Below, one piece after another: positions 25,104 to 39,987 of a stretch of DNA of 64,000 nucleotides; within the stretch, counting starts at the first letter, position 1; every line of letters begins with the position of its first letter. The position numbers were made by a program, and so were the translations under genes. This DNA is from Camelus dromedarius (lineage: Eukaryota). A model generated the notes under the pieces. The model was not told the DNA's origin, did not search any database, and was given only the letters and a program-made list of their open reading frames with translations. The DNA lies in NCBI RefSeq assembly GCF_036321535.1, contig NC_087437.1, forward strand, positions 82,896,001 to 82,960,000, read 5' to 3'.

Positions 25104-25550
25104 AGCCATAAAAAAGAATGAAATAATGCCATTTGCAGCAACATGGATGGACCTAGAGATTATCATATCGAGTGAAGTAAGTCAGACAGAGAAAGACAAA
25201 CACCATATGATGTCACTTATATGTGGAATCTAAAAAAATGATACATATTTTATTTACAAACCAGAAACAGACTCATGGACATAGAAAACAAACCATGGTT
25301 ACCAAAGGGAAAGGGGAAAAGGAATAAATTAGGAGTTTGGGATTAACAGATACACACACTATGCATGAAATAGATAAACAACAAGGACCTACTGTATAGC
25401 ACAGGGAGCTATATTCAATTCCTTGTAATTAGCTATAATGGAAAAGAATCTGAAAAAATATAGATTATGTATAATGAAACCACTTTGCTGTACATCTGAA
25501 AGTAACACTATAATCAACTACACTCAATAAAAAATAATTTTTTTTAAAAA
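25104..25550 (+). mobile_element. L1 3' UTR (5'-truncated) inserted in a MER5A-like element (~25040-25660)
   Basis: agccataaaaaagaatgaaataatgccatttgcagcaacatggatggacc...caataaaaaa. The flanks carry the two halves of MER5A (atcacctg..ttgttaaa / ggtggagcctgagaatctgcat..caagttcccaggtgatg). Confidence 0.85.
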
Positions 25551-27499
25551 ATGAAGAATCTTATTTGGTAGGTCAGGGTGGAGCCTGAGAATCTGCATCT
25601 CTAGCAAGTTCCCAGGTGATGCCAATGTTGTGGATCAAGACTGTGGGTCTTGAGGGTCAAGGATGCAGCTTGATTTCAAGCATTGGAATGTTATTGAAAC
25701 TAGTGTTTCCCAAAGTGCAGTCTGCTAACCATATGACTTCAAAAGTACTTGCCAACCCTGATTTGGGGGCAGATGGTTAATAAATAGGTTAAGTAGTTAT
25801 TAGCAGAAATTTGCAAGCACACACCTTCAAATTTCCCCCCAAAAAGGTGTATCTTGGTATCTTCCAGTACACGCCTGGGTGATACTTTTGAGCAATATCT
25901 AATTTTGTGCAATCTTAAAGAATACATGTTGCACTTCCATAAAAAAAGGAAAAAATGGGTATTTTTACTCCAAGTTTGGCAAATAATTGATACCAAATAA
26001 ATATGTTCTGATGAATGAAGGAATAAATGAATATATCTTCAGCATTTAAAAATGAAGTTATTTATGATTTCAGCACACTACAGTTAACAAGAGAGGTAGA
26101 ATGAGGGAAAATATAGCTATAAAGTAATTTTTCCCAGTGATCTCTGTTACAAAATCATTTGTCTCCAAAGGTGGCAGGGGAAGACCCCCAAAGCTGCAAT
26201 TTGTAGTTTTCTTTTTCAGTGCAGGGCTTTGTATTATTTTCCTAGCCCTGAAATTTCACCTCCCCACCACCCCATCTCAGTCATAAAAATTCCTTCAATG
26301 CTTTGAACGTCTGTTTCTCTCTTTCTCATATTTTGCACTGCTCCCTACTTACTAATAAATTCGTGCTTTCAATCAGTTCAAAATGCTACGTGATGCCTTT
26401 CCTGGAGAAATATGCTAATATCTAAACACAAAGACCTTCCTCAAATTTTCAAGTGTTCTTAGGTTTCTCTCCCAGAGTAAATAAACCCACCACGAAGAAG
26501 AAATCAGTTTCCTGTCTTTCCTCCCACTTTGTGAGTCCCCCTTCCAAAAGGTTTACTGTTTTGTAGTTTGCTTAAAAGTTATGAGTAACATTCCATCTGA
26601 TTTACAAAACCCCTTTTTTTCAAGCTACTTATTACGTCAGTTTATTCTGAATGACCTAGTTTATTCTGCACCTTAAGAAGTCTCATTTGCTGTTTGTTAA
26701 TTCCTCTTCTGCTATTCGTAAAAGAAAAAAGTGAGTTAGCTTGAGGGCAAACAATTAGATGAACAGATAACAAATCTTAGGATTCAAGTGTTGGAAATTT
26801 TCCTTCTTCCCACAGTAAATGAAAGAATGTGATGATGGTTATGTTACTATCCATCAGGTGATCCTCTGAAGTCAAATGACAAATATGAGGCAAATCTTAA
26901 TTTGGGGTATCTTATAATTATTATTACAAATAAACTGATACATGTGCAATATGTATTCTTTTTATGAAATCACATAATCCTAGATTTACTTCCAAATACC
27001 AGCTAAATTAATCCTTTAGGCAAAGGGAGGCAATTCATTTCCTGACAAAATTAACTCTGAAAGTTTTTAATCCCTACTATAATTTTGTTGATTTAGTCAA
27101 TAATTGTTTTCCCAAAGCCAGACCGTACTCTAGACACTGAAGATATAATGGTGAAGAAAAACAGTTTACCATTCAAGAGGCAGAAATTAGCAAGTAGTTG
27201 TCATTACTAGTAAGGAATACCGTTCAGTGCCATAACTATTTAGGTAATTATTAAATTACAACTGTGGTATGACCACAAAGTGACCCAGGCTGGGGAAGGA
27301 TGGGGAGCTTCTCAGCAGAATTTGAGAGAACTCACAGACTACTCCTCTGAGAAGGAGTCAATCAGATGACATAAGGGTGGAAATGAAAAGCATCCCAGGC
27401 AGAGAAACATTTGCAAAGATTCTGAGGTGAGAATGTAAACAGTTCACTGGGAGAATTGGGGCTGCTGCTAAGAGGAGTGAGGATGAAAATAATGACAGT

Positions 27500-27680
27500 T
27501 AATCTCTGTTGAGTGCTACTACATGTACAGACTCAGAATCCTCACATCAGTGCTGACAGATGAGGAAACTGAGAGGCTTAGAGAAGTTAACTTGTCCAAG
27601 GCCTCAAAGAAGCTGGAAGGTGTCAAGCTGGGGTCTGGCCGAGGCGGGCTGCTGCCAGGCTCTCTTCTCTGGACCTGCAA
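27500..27680 (-). mobile_element. MIR SINE
   Basis: acagatgaggaaactgagaggcttagagaagttaacttgtccaagg core. Confidence 0.7.
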
Positions 27681-30600
27681 GCCATCACAGCTTCCTGGGA
27701 GCCAGATCAGCTTAGAGCTCACCTCACGTTCAAGATTCATTCTATAAACTTTTGTTTTTCACAGAACGACATCGTGAAGCATGAATGTATTAGAACAGCT
27801 TCGGTCTCACTCCCCAGAGTCTTGATAAATATATGGTTCCTAGTTGGAACCCGTTTCACTAGGAAATATTACATGGGATCTTTTTGTTACAAAAACATTA
27901 AGAGAATTCCAAGCATTAATATAGCAAATGCCCAGGGACCCATTAAATAAAAGAACCATATCTTCTCAGGAATTTTCTAATAGAGATTTTTGTTCCCTCC
28001 CTACCCTCTTCCTCTTTTCGCAGAGGTAACAACTATCATGAATTTGTCTCCTTTTTATTCACACACATGTACACACACACACACACAAGCATTATCTGGT
28101 ACATGACATTGTTTTAAGTGGTTTGATATTTACATAACAAATATATAATATTCTGAAATTGCATTTTTCACTCTACATTTCTGGTTTTGAGGTCCATCCA
28201 TGTTGATACATAAAGGTCTGGTTCATTCCTTTCAAGTTTTGTAGCGTATTCTATCAGCCAAATACATCACAAACCCCTACCAGCAGACATTTAGGCTGTT
28301 TTCAGAGAATTACTAATCTAAATGTCATTTTGGAGCCAAAACTCTTTTTTTCCCCACAAATCTAGAAAAAGCAGTTTACTAAGATAGTGAATCTTACAGA
28401 TTGCTAGAAATACTTATAAAATTGATCACTTTTAAACAGCCTTTTTTCTAAAACATAAACCTTGGATAATTCAAGTTGTATAAAAATACCTAGATATGTA
28501 AAATACTATGACTCTCTGAAAAGGGGAAGTTAATACTATTTTTAATTTATAAAGTATTTCAAACATTTCTAGTTCAAGTGAACCTATAACCATCCTGTTG
28601 AAAACAAAACACACTGAAGAAAGAATGGATGCAGAAAATAGTCTGTTTACAAGCACTTTCTTTTTCTGATAACCACACTGACTAGGCAGAAAAGTCACAA
28701 AGCATTGGAGCAAGGAGGGGAACAAACCAAAGGTTTCTCTGGAATGCTCTGTTCAGTGTTCCAGCCAGAAGATAATCTAAGGCACAACCCCCTAAAAAGA
28801 TAACATTTCACTTCAGAATCAAAGGATCGGGACGCGCCTACTATGGCCCAGTCAATGCTGGATAAAGAGGATCATTAAGCAAAGCAATAAAATGTCCTGT
28901 TTTTTACCTTGAAGTGATTACACCTATAAACAGTGTGACTATAAACAATGGTCTATTTATACTAACGGAAATTTTTAGCTCAAGAGCATTGTAACAAGGT
29001 TTATTATCCAGTGTAAACTGAAGTCAAGTCTACCAATAGATGAAGACCTGTCTTTGGGATTCCTATACCTTTGACATTATTTTCTATAAAGAATAATTCG
29101 AGAAAACCACAAAAGGCAGATGTTTTAAAATATGGATCATTGTTTACTAACGGCTGCATTCTCTACACTATAAAATAACCTAGTCTAGAAAATGCAAAAG
29201 AAAATTCAAAAATGGGCATTCTCTTTGAAGGGAGGGGCAAGAAAATTCTCTTTTCTTAGTAGATTTCCAAAGAAGTGTACACCATCCCCATGAAGGTAAA
29301 TAAAAAAAGAAATCAGGGTTTCCAATGAAAGAAGTAACTCCGGAGCTTTGGGGGGGTCACAACGGAGTCTGACTGTTCAGCCCTGTTTTCACAAACAATT
29401 AGCCAAATATTTTAGCACCTTCCATAGGCGAGTCAAGGTACCACTGCTTTTAGATCTCTGGTCTCCAACCTCAGAAATCCCTCTAGGTTTAGGAAAACCT
29501 ACTCAGACTTCAGGAGACAGCTTTGAACTCAACTGAAATTTATCCTACCAGTAGGTCAGTGAAATAGCTGGCCAAGGAAATGGAGTGACTCTAACATCCA
29601 TTTGTCCATCCATCCATCCAACACAGGTATGTGGTACCCACCCATCACAAGGCACAAGATCTCAGGGTACAAAGGACTATCAGAGCTGAGAGCACAGCTG
29701 TAAAGGCAAACCCATATAAACAAAGACAATTAAACATACCAAACATAACCTTCTGCCTCACTCTAACCTCTTAACTGCAGGTTCAAAGTGCACTATTTTA
29801 TTATTTTTCAATTAAATGATGTTTATTATAGAGAATCCATATTATCCTAAAACATGCAACTTTTTTTTTTTTTTGCATTCCCCTTCAAAGGGCAAAATAT
29901 ATAGTATGAACAGCAGAACCTAGAAGTTGAAAGATTCTTAGCGAGGGAGTAAGAAATCACCAATAGACCAAGAACCAAAAGTGGAACTGCTTAACTTTTT
30001 GAAACTTCCCCATGTTTGTGATTTAATGTATGAAGACTTCCCCAGCAGTTAGTCACTAGCAGTAAGCAATGGCTTCTGCACAGAAAGGCAGGGGCAGTTA
30101 GGAGGCACGTCCACTCTGCAACCATGCTAGGCTATGGACAAACGAGGTGAAGGGACAATGACTGTGCAAAGAGCCTTTAAGACAAAAGCCACCAGCAAGT
30201 CCCTGGGTCCCGAAGCAAGGGTACAAAAGAGCACAGGAGGGACCTGTGTCTGTGCAGTTGCCCTGCTTCACAACAGTGCAGTCCTTATCAGTGCCCTAAC
30301 ACCAGAACCTCTGCCCTGAACAACAACTAGATCAGCTGTAAGGCAATCTAAAACCAATGCTTGGCCGAAGAAAGTAATCCATCATCTAATATGCTCTGCG
30401 TAGTTCCTTGTTACTAACTGAGGCCTAATTGTTGGGTTGCTTTTTGAGCTGAAGGCTTTACTTCCTGAAATGAGAACTGGTCTTTGATATGCCTAAGCAC
30501 AGAAAAATGAAACCTTTATTTATAGCATGCTGTACTATGTGAAAATAGGGATTTCATTTCAAAAATAAAGTTCTTTTTTTTTTTTTTCTATCTAAGATGA

Positions 30601-31000
30601 TTCTGGACCAGAAAAACCAGAGGAAACTAGACGGAGGATATGGGCCAGTCTGGGTCTTGGAAGATGGATTAAGGACACCTCAGCAGAGACCCAGATAGGT
30701 AACAGTGGGAAGGCAGAGAGGGCTGGTTTGCAAAGCCTGGTCTGGGTTATGTCAGGAAACCAAACTGGTTCAGTCTGAAAACACCAGTGAAGAGTAGAGT
30801 GAAGAAATAAAGAAAAAGCCATATAATAGTAATGAAATCGGTCTTCCTGTGGGGCACATCACAGACACAGAGCAAGCAGGGCAATCAGCAAGCCAGTCCA
30901 GACAGGAGCAGCTTGGACAGGGTGGAGCCAGGACCCTGACCCAGCTGCACTCGGGCTGCAGAGGGGAGGGGTCAGGGCACCAGGCCCTCCGCAAACCCTC

Positions 31001-31460
31001 TACACTCATTTCCCTGTGGCTGCAAGAACAAAGTGCCACAAACAGGGGGGCTCACAATAACAGAAGTATATTATCTCACTGTTCTGGAGGCTAGAGGTCC
31101 AAAATCCAAGTGTTGGCAGGGCCATGCTCCCCCTGGAACCTGCAGGGGAACATCGTTCCTTGCCTCTTTCTAGTTTCTGGTGGTTTGCTGGCACTCCTGG
31201 GCACTCCCTGGCTTGAAGATACAACACTCCAATCCTCCGTCTTCACACAGTGCTCTCTCCCCGTGTCTCTGTCTTCACACAGATGCTTCTTATAAGGACA
31301 CCAGTCATATAGGACTAGTGGCCCACCCTGTTCCAGCATGGCTTCATCTTAACTAATTATACCTGTAATGACCCTGTTTCCAAATGAGGTCACTTTCTGC
31401 GGTACCGGCAGCTGAAACTTCAACACATCTTCTTAGGGAGACACAATTCAACCTATAACA
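31001..31460 (-). mobile_element. MaLR solo LTR (MLT1-type)
   Basis: The reverse complement starts tgttataggttgaattgtgtctcc, with typical MLT1 motifs (ttctggaggctagaggtcc, cttataaggacaccagtcat). 5-bp TSD ccctc/ccctt. Confidence 0.85.
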
Positions 31461-34145
31461 CCCTTCTGGGGATGCCCAGTCCCTGCCCTCAGCCAGAGGG
31501 TCACTGATGCTCTAGAGCCATTCAGAATACCTGGGTGCTAATTCAAGTTAAAGAGAAGTAGAAAAAAAGTTGCCCTATGGTGGTGAAAGTCAGAATGGCG
31601 GTTTCCTTTAAGGAGGGAGCAGTGGCTGGGGAGGAGGACACAGCGCGCTCCCGGAGGGCAGGGCCTGGAGGCAGGTCACGTGGGCATGTTCGCCGGGAGG
31701 AAACGTATGGAACCGTATTTATGTGGTTTGTGTACTCCTCTGTGTCTGATACACTTCCATAAGAACTTTACTTTAAATAACATTGGACAAAACGGAGCTG
31801 TCCAAGAAATAGAGGTGGGTTGTTTTTTTTTGGGGGGGGGGTAGTTTGCTGGACATACCTTTTTATTTAATTTAGCCTTTAGCTATATTCGGTTTTTTGG
31901 GGTTTTGTTTTTGTTTTTGTTTTTTCCGAGCAGATTCTAGTCTACTGGGTGAGCACAGGCCTAACGTCTCAGCTGGCTATTGGGGCAGGTTATATAGCAT
32001 AGCCATTTCCAGTTTAACTAGAACGCTAGACATTTTGGCCAAGCGTGAACACACTTGGTAGAACCTCAGAAAGGGCCATTTTCTGGGAGAAGCCCCAACC
32101 CAAGTGTTAGCCACTTAGCCCTGCTGATTCAGACACTCGAGCGGTCGGTTTACCTGAGCTGTTCAATTGCTAGGAACTAGTGTATAAATGGAACTGCCAA
32201 AGTAATCCACTTATAATGAGAAAAATGTAACTGCCAAGGAGTATATATTTAAACTGGCAGATTGACAACTTCTCCAGGCAAATCCATGAGAGAAAGAAAG
32301 TTGTCTGACTGTAATAATTCTACCTAATAAAACTGAAAAATGGAAATAAAATAGATAAAATACAGGTGGATTGACCCCCACATTGTTCAAAGGCCAACTG
32401 AGTATATAAAAATGACAAATACAAATGAATAATAAGAGTAACATCAAGAAAACTAAATCTAAAGTTGAGCTGAGGTCTTTGGAATTGTTTCAGGATAATA
32501 TAAAGGGGTGTTTTCCTAACTATGTGTTCAGAACAAGCACTGACATTATTACTACTGAGACTGCAAATTTTGTGGAAAGGAACTGAATATTCAAAGAATT
32601 TAAATACTAATCAATTTGGAATCAGCAATTCTACTTACAGAATTTTCTCTGAGGAAAAAGTAAATTAATGATGTGTAAAAATATTCATATATTAGATTAT
32701 ATTTATATCAGTTATTTATGTTTAAAAAAGAGAAAAAAAAGCAAAATTTCCAACAGCAGCAGTATGAATAAAAAATTATGGTATGTAAAATAAGCAAGAG
32801 TCATTAAAATCATATCACATCAAGGAAAAAAAAAAAAAAGAAAGTTGTTTGATAACCACAGGCTCATAGTAAGGGAGCGTTCTTCCCTCAGCAGTGCTGG
32901 AAATGTGGCAAGACACTTTTTGCCGTTGCCCTCTGTTTTCCTAGCCTCCTTGCAGACCTCTCCCACACATTCCATTTTCAGGCTAATTACAGATCAAGTT
33001 CCAGTGTTTTTTCTTTCACATCTAATTCTCCTCTGGGAATTTTAAGCTCTTGTGGTTAGGGTGTCTTGGGTCCTATTGCTTAATTTTTAAGCAAGAGAAA
33101 TCAACACCAAAAGACAGAGTTAAAATATACCGAACACCACTCAGACTTAGTAGAAAACATATTTCTGGAATGAAAACACTTAAGATTTTTTAGAATTAGA
33201 TATAATTCAGACATTTAACATCCGATATTGCATCAGCTCTGAATAATATACTGCTATATAAAAAACTGTCTTACAGATGGGAGTGGAAAGGAGAGGGGGG
33301 AACAAGAGTCGAGAGGGGAAGGAAGCCAAAACTTAATTGCAATGCAAACATAGAAATAAAAATCAATTATTGATCAAATTTTACATACAAATTATCAAGC
33401 ATATAATTTTATGAAGCTGTAGCTTTCTTGGGTGCGAAATGTATTAGGGAGCCACTTAGTTTCAAGGTGGTAATTTGTAGTGGTCCTCTTGATGGTTCTC
33501 CCGGGGTGTCTCTGTCCTACTGAAGCCCATTTCTACTCTCAAATTTCATACAGAAAGCCATGCTTCAGAAGTCTCAAATGATACTTCACAAATTTCTATC
33601 TTTCAAACACTAAGGTTATTAAAAATGAGAGCACTAACATCAATTACACATTACCATTAACTAATGTTTTCATCATTTCCTATGAAAACAGCAAGTGGAA
33701 GAGATGTATTCTATGTCACATGCAAAATCCAAGTCCACGTTAGAAGCAACGTGCAGAACTTGATTGGTGTAAACTGTCCATATAGACCTGAAGCCCAAGT
33801 ATACATCCTTCTAGGGCGATGTAACCATATAGGCCACAGATCTGAGTCTTATTCTCTCCTGCATCATCTCCCCCAACACTTAACTTCGAACATTATGCCC
33901 TATGAGCACCCAGTTTTGCAGAGTTCTCTGTCATACTCAACACTGTTTCATGCTTCAGTGCCTTTGATCATGCTGTTCCTGCTGCCTGGAGTGTCCCTTC
34001 CCATTCTTCCCCCTCCCCGCCATAAACTGGAATCATCTACTGGGATTCTGCTCTTTTTTTTTCCCTCACCCTGCATTTGGATGAGGATAGAGGAGCTTCT
34101 AAGAAGGCAAAATGGGCAAAGCTGTTCCAAGAATACTGATAATTA

Positions 34146-34419
34146 TAAAAAAGAATGTGTATATATACACACACACACATATAACTGGATCACTATGCCA
34201 TACACCAGAAACTAATAACATTGTAAATCAACTATACTTCACTAAAAAAATGAAAGCAAAGAATATATTGTACAACACAGGGAATATAGCCAATATTTTA
34301 TAATAACTATAGATGGAGCATAAGCTTTAAAATTATGACTCACCATGTTGTACACCTGAAACTTATGTAATATTCTACATCCACTATATCTCAATAAAAA
34401 TAAATTAAAATGCAAACTA
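34146..34419 (+). mobile_element. Two tandem L1 3' termini from different subfamilies
   Basis: First tail ends caactatacttcactaaaaaaa, second ends cactatatctcaataaaaa. Confidence 0.75.
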
Positions 34420-35944
34420 AAAAATACAGATAACTATATCATATTTTTTAAACTATAGAAAAAAAGACAAACATGTTAATTTTTTTAATGGATATCTGAT
34501 GAGAGTAGTTTTTACTTCTTAACGCTAGTTTATTCTGAAAAACTCATAGTGCTATTCAACCAACAGATTTTCATCCCCCGAACTCCACCTGGAGCCCATG
34601 TGTGCACACAGATGCACACACTTACATATGTGCACACACACACACTGCACCTCTCCACTGTATGTCCATGGACCCCCTATATTATAAATAGCACCATGTC
34701 TGGTACATGATAAATGCCCAAATACTTGTTGCTGTTCACTGAAAAATAATTAAAGAACTACAACAACATGGGTAGATTAATAGACTCCAAAGTGAAGTCA
34801 GGTGCTAAGAGGAAGCAGACTGGGGAAAAGATCAGAACTAGAGAAGGTCAAACAGAAAGGCCTTTCTGGAGAAAGTCCATGCTGAACAATTTGAGGAAGA
34901 ACAGTTATAATGATAGAGTTATAATAGTAGTGTCAAGTAACATAGATTAAATGTTTGATATTTGTCAGGCACTATGCTGAACTATTTAAGTGGGTTTTCT
35001 TTTTAATTACCATAACTGTGATGTGAACATTATTTCAAGTTCATAGATAACGAAAGTGATGCTCAGAAATGTAAGGCATTTTGTTTAGAGTTGTGCAGTC
35101 ATTAGCCCTGAAGGTGAAAAAAGGTTACAGTCTGGCCTGATGGGGGAGTGTGGAATGAAGGAAAACAGCGCTGAGTGTCAGAGGAACATGGCGAGTTACA
35201 GAGACCACAGGTTCAACCGGAGGGCGAAAAGAAAGTCAGCAACGCAGGATGGCAGAAAACTTCAAAGGGCCGTGGGAGAAATTCTCCGGATTTCTGAGCA
35301 GAAAAAAGTTTCCGTAATGAAAACCACGCTTGAGGAATGTTATTATGAAAGGTGTGTGGACAGGAGTATTGGTGATCATAGATGGAGAACTTGGGTAGAA
35401 GCTTTTTATAATAATATAATTATATTACCTATGGTTAAAGCAGAAGAGCCCCACCCACCAACTCTGCAAAAATAGTGGGGTTTTTTGGCCTTTGTTTATT
35501 GGTTTTTTGCAGTGGGAGGGTCAGACTTTTCCTCCAAAAAAATCAGGGCCTGGAAAACATTTACAGGTCCTTCATGATGAGAAATTACACATATCGCTAA
35601 CATCCTGCTTATGAAAAAAAATCCAATTATTTCTAATTTAATTGTAGCATAGCTGGGATGAAACAAGAGTGATTAGCTAACTCACTTTGACATTGACCTG
35701 AAATATTGGCTCCAAGTATCAGAAGTGTCTTGACGGTGGTGTTCTTTATCTCACAACGATCATTCACATTGACAACAGAAAGTCCCTTTAACTTTCAGAG
35801 TCTGTCAATTAAATAAGGTTATATAAATTAGCTGCTGTTGCTTACAAGCAGTTGAAAAATCAGTGGAGATGCCTGGATTGTCATCTCATTGCTCTCATCT
35901 AAATGCAACTGGATAACCCATTTTCCATTTTTTAAGTGCAGTTT

Positions 35945-36110
35945 TATAATTTTATATTATCTCTGTTATATTATAATAATAATTATATATAATCTATATA
36001 TTATATTATAATCTATATTTATATAATATATATTATATATTATAATCTATATTTATATAATATATATTATATATTATAATCTATATTTTCTATATTATCT
36101 ATATTTTTAT
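35945..36110. repeat. AT-rich low-complexity tandem repeat (~34-bp unit ataatctatatttatataatatatattatatatt)
   Basis: Directly visible repeated unit. Confidence 0.85.
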
Positions 36111-38399
36111 TAAGTTTTTATTATTCATGAAAAGAAGTCAGGGAATTTTTTAAAATCTCTGATCTCTTAGTCTTTGGCTCTATGCTGAGCATAGAAAATA
36201 TACAAATTCCCTTCTCTTTGCTTCCTCTATCCCTTGATACATGAAGGACTCTCAAATCCTAAAGGGCGGCACAGGTTTTAATAAAAGCAGTTTATTTTAT
36301 TTCATTTATTATATTTTATATTGTATTACTTTTTAAACTATTTTATACTTTATTTTGTTATTTCAATAAAAGGAGCACCTTCTATGGTGCTGGCCTAAAT
36401 ATCTGCAATAGAATATTTCCTAAGAAGAAAACCAGCAAACCGTCAGAAGCTATGAGCAGATAACCTCTCTGAGGACTAGAATCGGATGCAGTGGAAGGAG
36501 GGTGACCCCGTAAAATCAGCTCAGAGACAAGAGGCTGTATTTATATGGCATCACATCCTTGAGGGACAGGAAAAAACAAATCTAAAAGGTAGACTCTTTC
36601 AATATTCAGAATTTTTAAATTATGTATATGCCCCCTGACAACATCATTCTTTGTAAGAAACTTTGTCACTCAGAGTCCCAGCAAGAGCTCACAACCGGGC
36701 CTCTCCCACTGCGCTCTGCCAGGCAGGAACCCCTCCCAGCTCTGGCGAGCTTGATGAGGAGAGCTTTCTATTTCCAGGGCATTTGTTTATGTCTCCAGCT
36801 AGGTTAAATGATACCCAATAGAAATCTAAGAAATATCATAACAAGCCCTGGAACTTAAGCAGTGCAAATCTCTGCCTATGAAAGGGCATGAAATCATGGA
36901 TGTGAGACACTGTGCTATTAAGTGATTTTGTTATCCACATTCTTGGCACACTTATTTCCTCAGTAACGTAACCACAAACCTGACTAACCCAACTCGAATT
37001 ATCATACATTATGAATTATGAAGCTGTCCTAAAAGTTTACTGTACGTGAAAACAAATTTGAGAATATTTTCTCATATCCTGATCTGATAACATTCACATA
37101 CTAGTCTCTTATCTGTCAGCATAAGAACACTATATTATTTTCTAAAAGAAAAAAAAAAAAAACACTTCAAAACCAGAAGGGTTTTAATTAATATAGACAA
37201 ATCTACAGTAATGAGTTCACCTTTCACCTGTCTTCTCCAATGGGCACATTTTTTGAGATGACAAACTGATAATCTTAAGAGCTATAAAGATGAATCCTAA
37301 CAGCTATAAAGAAGTTACAATTGAGCTAAGATATTTACATTGTGAGTTAATTCATGAACCCTGGTCAGGCCATTTGGCAAATGTCTGCTCTATCTATAAT
37401 GTTCTGGACACTACACCAGATACCAAGGACACGGGGTGAGCAAGACAAGACATCATCATTGCCCTCTCAAATAGAAACTTGTTCCAGATTTAATGCCACG
37501 ACATCAATCAGAAAAAAGAAAAAAAAAAAAAACAAAAAGTTCAAAGTGAGCTGTTAAGTTATATACATTAGTTAAGTATGTATGTTCATAAATAAGCAGG
37601 GCATCTGGCTAAAGAATCTCAAAAACAATTTTCTCTCTGAAGTACATACTAAGTTTCCCCCAAGAGTTATAAATTGTAATCTAGGAATCAAAAGTTGGCT
37701 GATAAAATGCTTCTATTCCTTTCTGATAAACCAGTGCGACTAGGAGATACTAACTTGGACATAAACTTTCATGATTTAAGTGCTATTCTAGGACTGCCAA
37801 GATCATGTACAAAGAACAATAGAAATGAAAGTTCTAAGGCACAGAATAGTGCCTTGACAACTATTACAGAGTCCTGCACATTTCCCCTGAAACTGGACCT
37901 CCCATAACAGACTGCATAGCCTGTGGGAAGGGGAGCTCAGGAAAAGGCAAGACCTTCCCATTATTCAGAATCTCCCCTCCTGGGACATCACTGTCTAGCA
38001 AAAGATACCAACTGTGATTGATTTGACTAGATAATTAATTTTTAGGATCTACTTTTGGATGTGACCAGCCAACCTAGAGACTTAGAGACAGAGACTCAGT
38101 CTGGAGAGCGGTGGAGATGTCAAAGCCAGTGATGGAGAGTTCCATGCATGAAGGTGAAACTGAGTGAGTATATGGATTTATTTCAGAGGATAAGAGGACC
38201 CCTGTCCAGGGTTCTCTGAGCTCTGCCTCTCCATGTGGATATGCCTGTGCCCTGGTCTAGGGCAAAGAAATCAGTGACGGCCAATTAACAGGGAGAATAA
38301 AAACAAACTGAGAGTGAAAATACACATGTGTACATGTGTGTCTATAAGACAAACGGGAAACCCCATCACCCACCCAGGTGAAGACTGAGTCTCTAATTT

Positions 38400-38925
38400 A
38401 GAATTTCCAGTGGCATCCTACTCTTTGAAAACACAATTCAAACTCCTGTCTAAGATTGGAAGGCTTCACATAAGCTGTCTTCTGCCTACCTCACTGACTT
38501 CATCTCCTATCTTTTCCCCTTTTACATCTCCATGTGCAAGTTCTTCAAACACTCCAAATTCATTCATGCCCCAGGGCCTTTGCAGGTGCTGTTCCTCTGC
38601 CTAGAATTCTCTTCCTTCTGCTCTCCCCTTGAATGGCTCCTTATCATTCACATCTCACTTCAAATATCCTCTCCTCAGAGGAGCTCTCTGACTGCTCTAA
38701 ATTAGCTTCCATCACCCCCTGCACACTGCATTGTCTTTGTAACACTCATTCTATCTGAAAAAATTTTTTTCATTTATTTGTAACCGGTTTATTAAGTCTA
38801 TTTCCCACAAAAAAAAAAAGCTCTATAAGAGTGGGGGCTTCATCTGTTTTGCTCAATGCTGCACCCCCATGCCTAGCACCCAGGATGTCTCCCGTTCCAC
38901 GGGGGGTACTCAGTAAATACTGCTT
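38400..38925 (+). mobile_element. LINE-2 3' fragment
   Basis: cccagggcctttgcaggtgctgttcctctgcctagaattctcttcc...gcctagcacc..tactcagtaaatactgcttga is a typical L2 3' end. Confidence 0.75.
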
Positions 38926-39987
38926 GACTCTCCAGTCCTCCCTTATAGATGGCAGGAGAAAGTCACTGAAGAGCCATTGCAAAACCACTGTCTGCTCCCT
39001 GTTGCCTGGTCTGAGTGCAGGGACCACCACCCAGAGCCATACCAGCCCTGGATCTGCTTCCCCAGCCTAGGAAGGTGAGAGAAACCTGCCTCCCTTGGAG
39101 GAATCTCCGGCTTCCTTGCCACCTCTTCCCCTGGAGGCTTATTCCCTCAGCTTCTACAGACCTTTCCAGTCCCAACCAGATAAAAACTAAATCAATATTG
39201 AAAGAGTTCGTCAAAACCCAGTATTACTACAAGCTACTGAAGGAGACAATGTCATTGGCACCCTATGTCTCAGATGTACGGAGGGAAAAGGGACCCTTTT
39301 CACTCAGCTTTTCAGTGTTTAGGATAAGAAAATCCTTATCTAAGGGTTGGGCACTTTCCTTCCCCTCTTTCCCAATGGTCCTGGAAGAGGAAAGGCCCTG
39401 GTCAGATGCAGAAGGCTGTGGCAGGAAACAGTAAGTGGGCCATACCTCCCTGGATAACCAAAAGCTCTTTAAAAAAAGATCCATGGATGTGGAAAAGAGA
39501 CTCAGATCCTACTGCCCTTTACTCTCTTTTACCTTCATAACTTCAACTCCAGAATCTCACCCCTATGGCAGCCAAGTTCTTGACCAAGTTTTGACACTCC
39601 CACTGATTCAGTACCGGGGAGTTATTGTCAGGGGAAAGAACACTGGCTAACCTATCACACTGAGGGCACTGAGCTCCTGACACCCTGATAAGAAACCACA
39701 ATGACAGTTTTCTACTGGAACACCATAACATCCAATGCATACACCCTACTCCACACCTTAAGCTCACCCTAAATTAAATACTTTTTATTTTCAATCTGTC
39801 AGAATTCAATTGGAAATTGCAGTGTGTGCTGTCATCCACTGTAGTTGGGATAAATAGGAGAGGTTCACTTCAACTGTGAGGGTGGGGATGTAGATCTGGG
39901 AATACATCTTCCCAGCATGAAGGATGAGTAGGAATTTCTTTGAAAACATATTCAGAGTGAAACAAACTCTCAGAACATAAGCCATAA

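Noticed and set aside
33664..34215. 183-aa ORF
   Set aside because: Runs through L2-like sequence and into an L1 tail and microsatellite. No protein similarity recognised.
35570..35705. Possible box C/D snoRNA (ATGATGA ... CTGA)
   Set aside because: No terminal stem, and it is antisense to the host intron.
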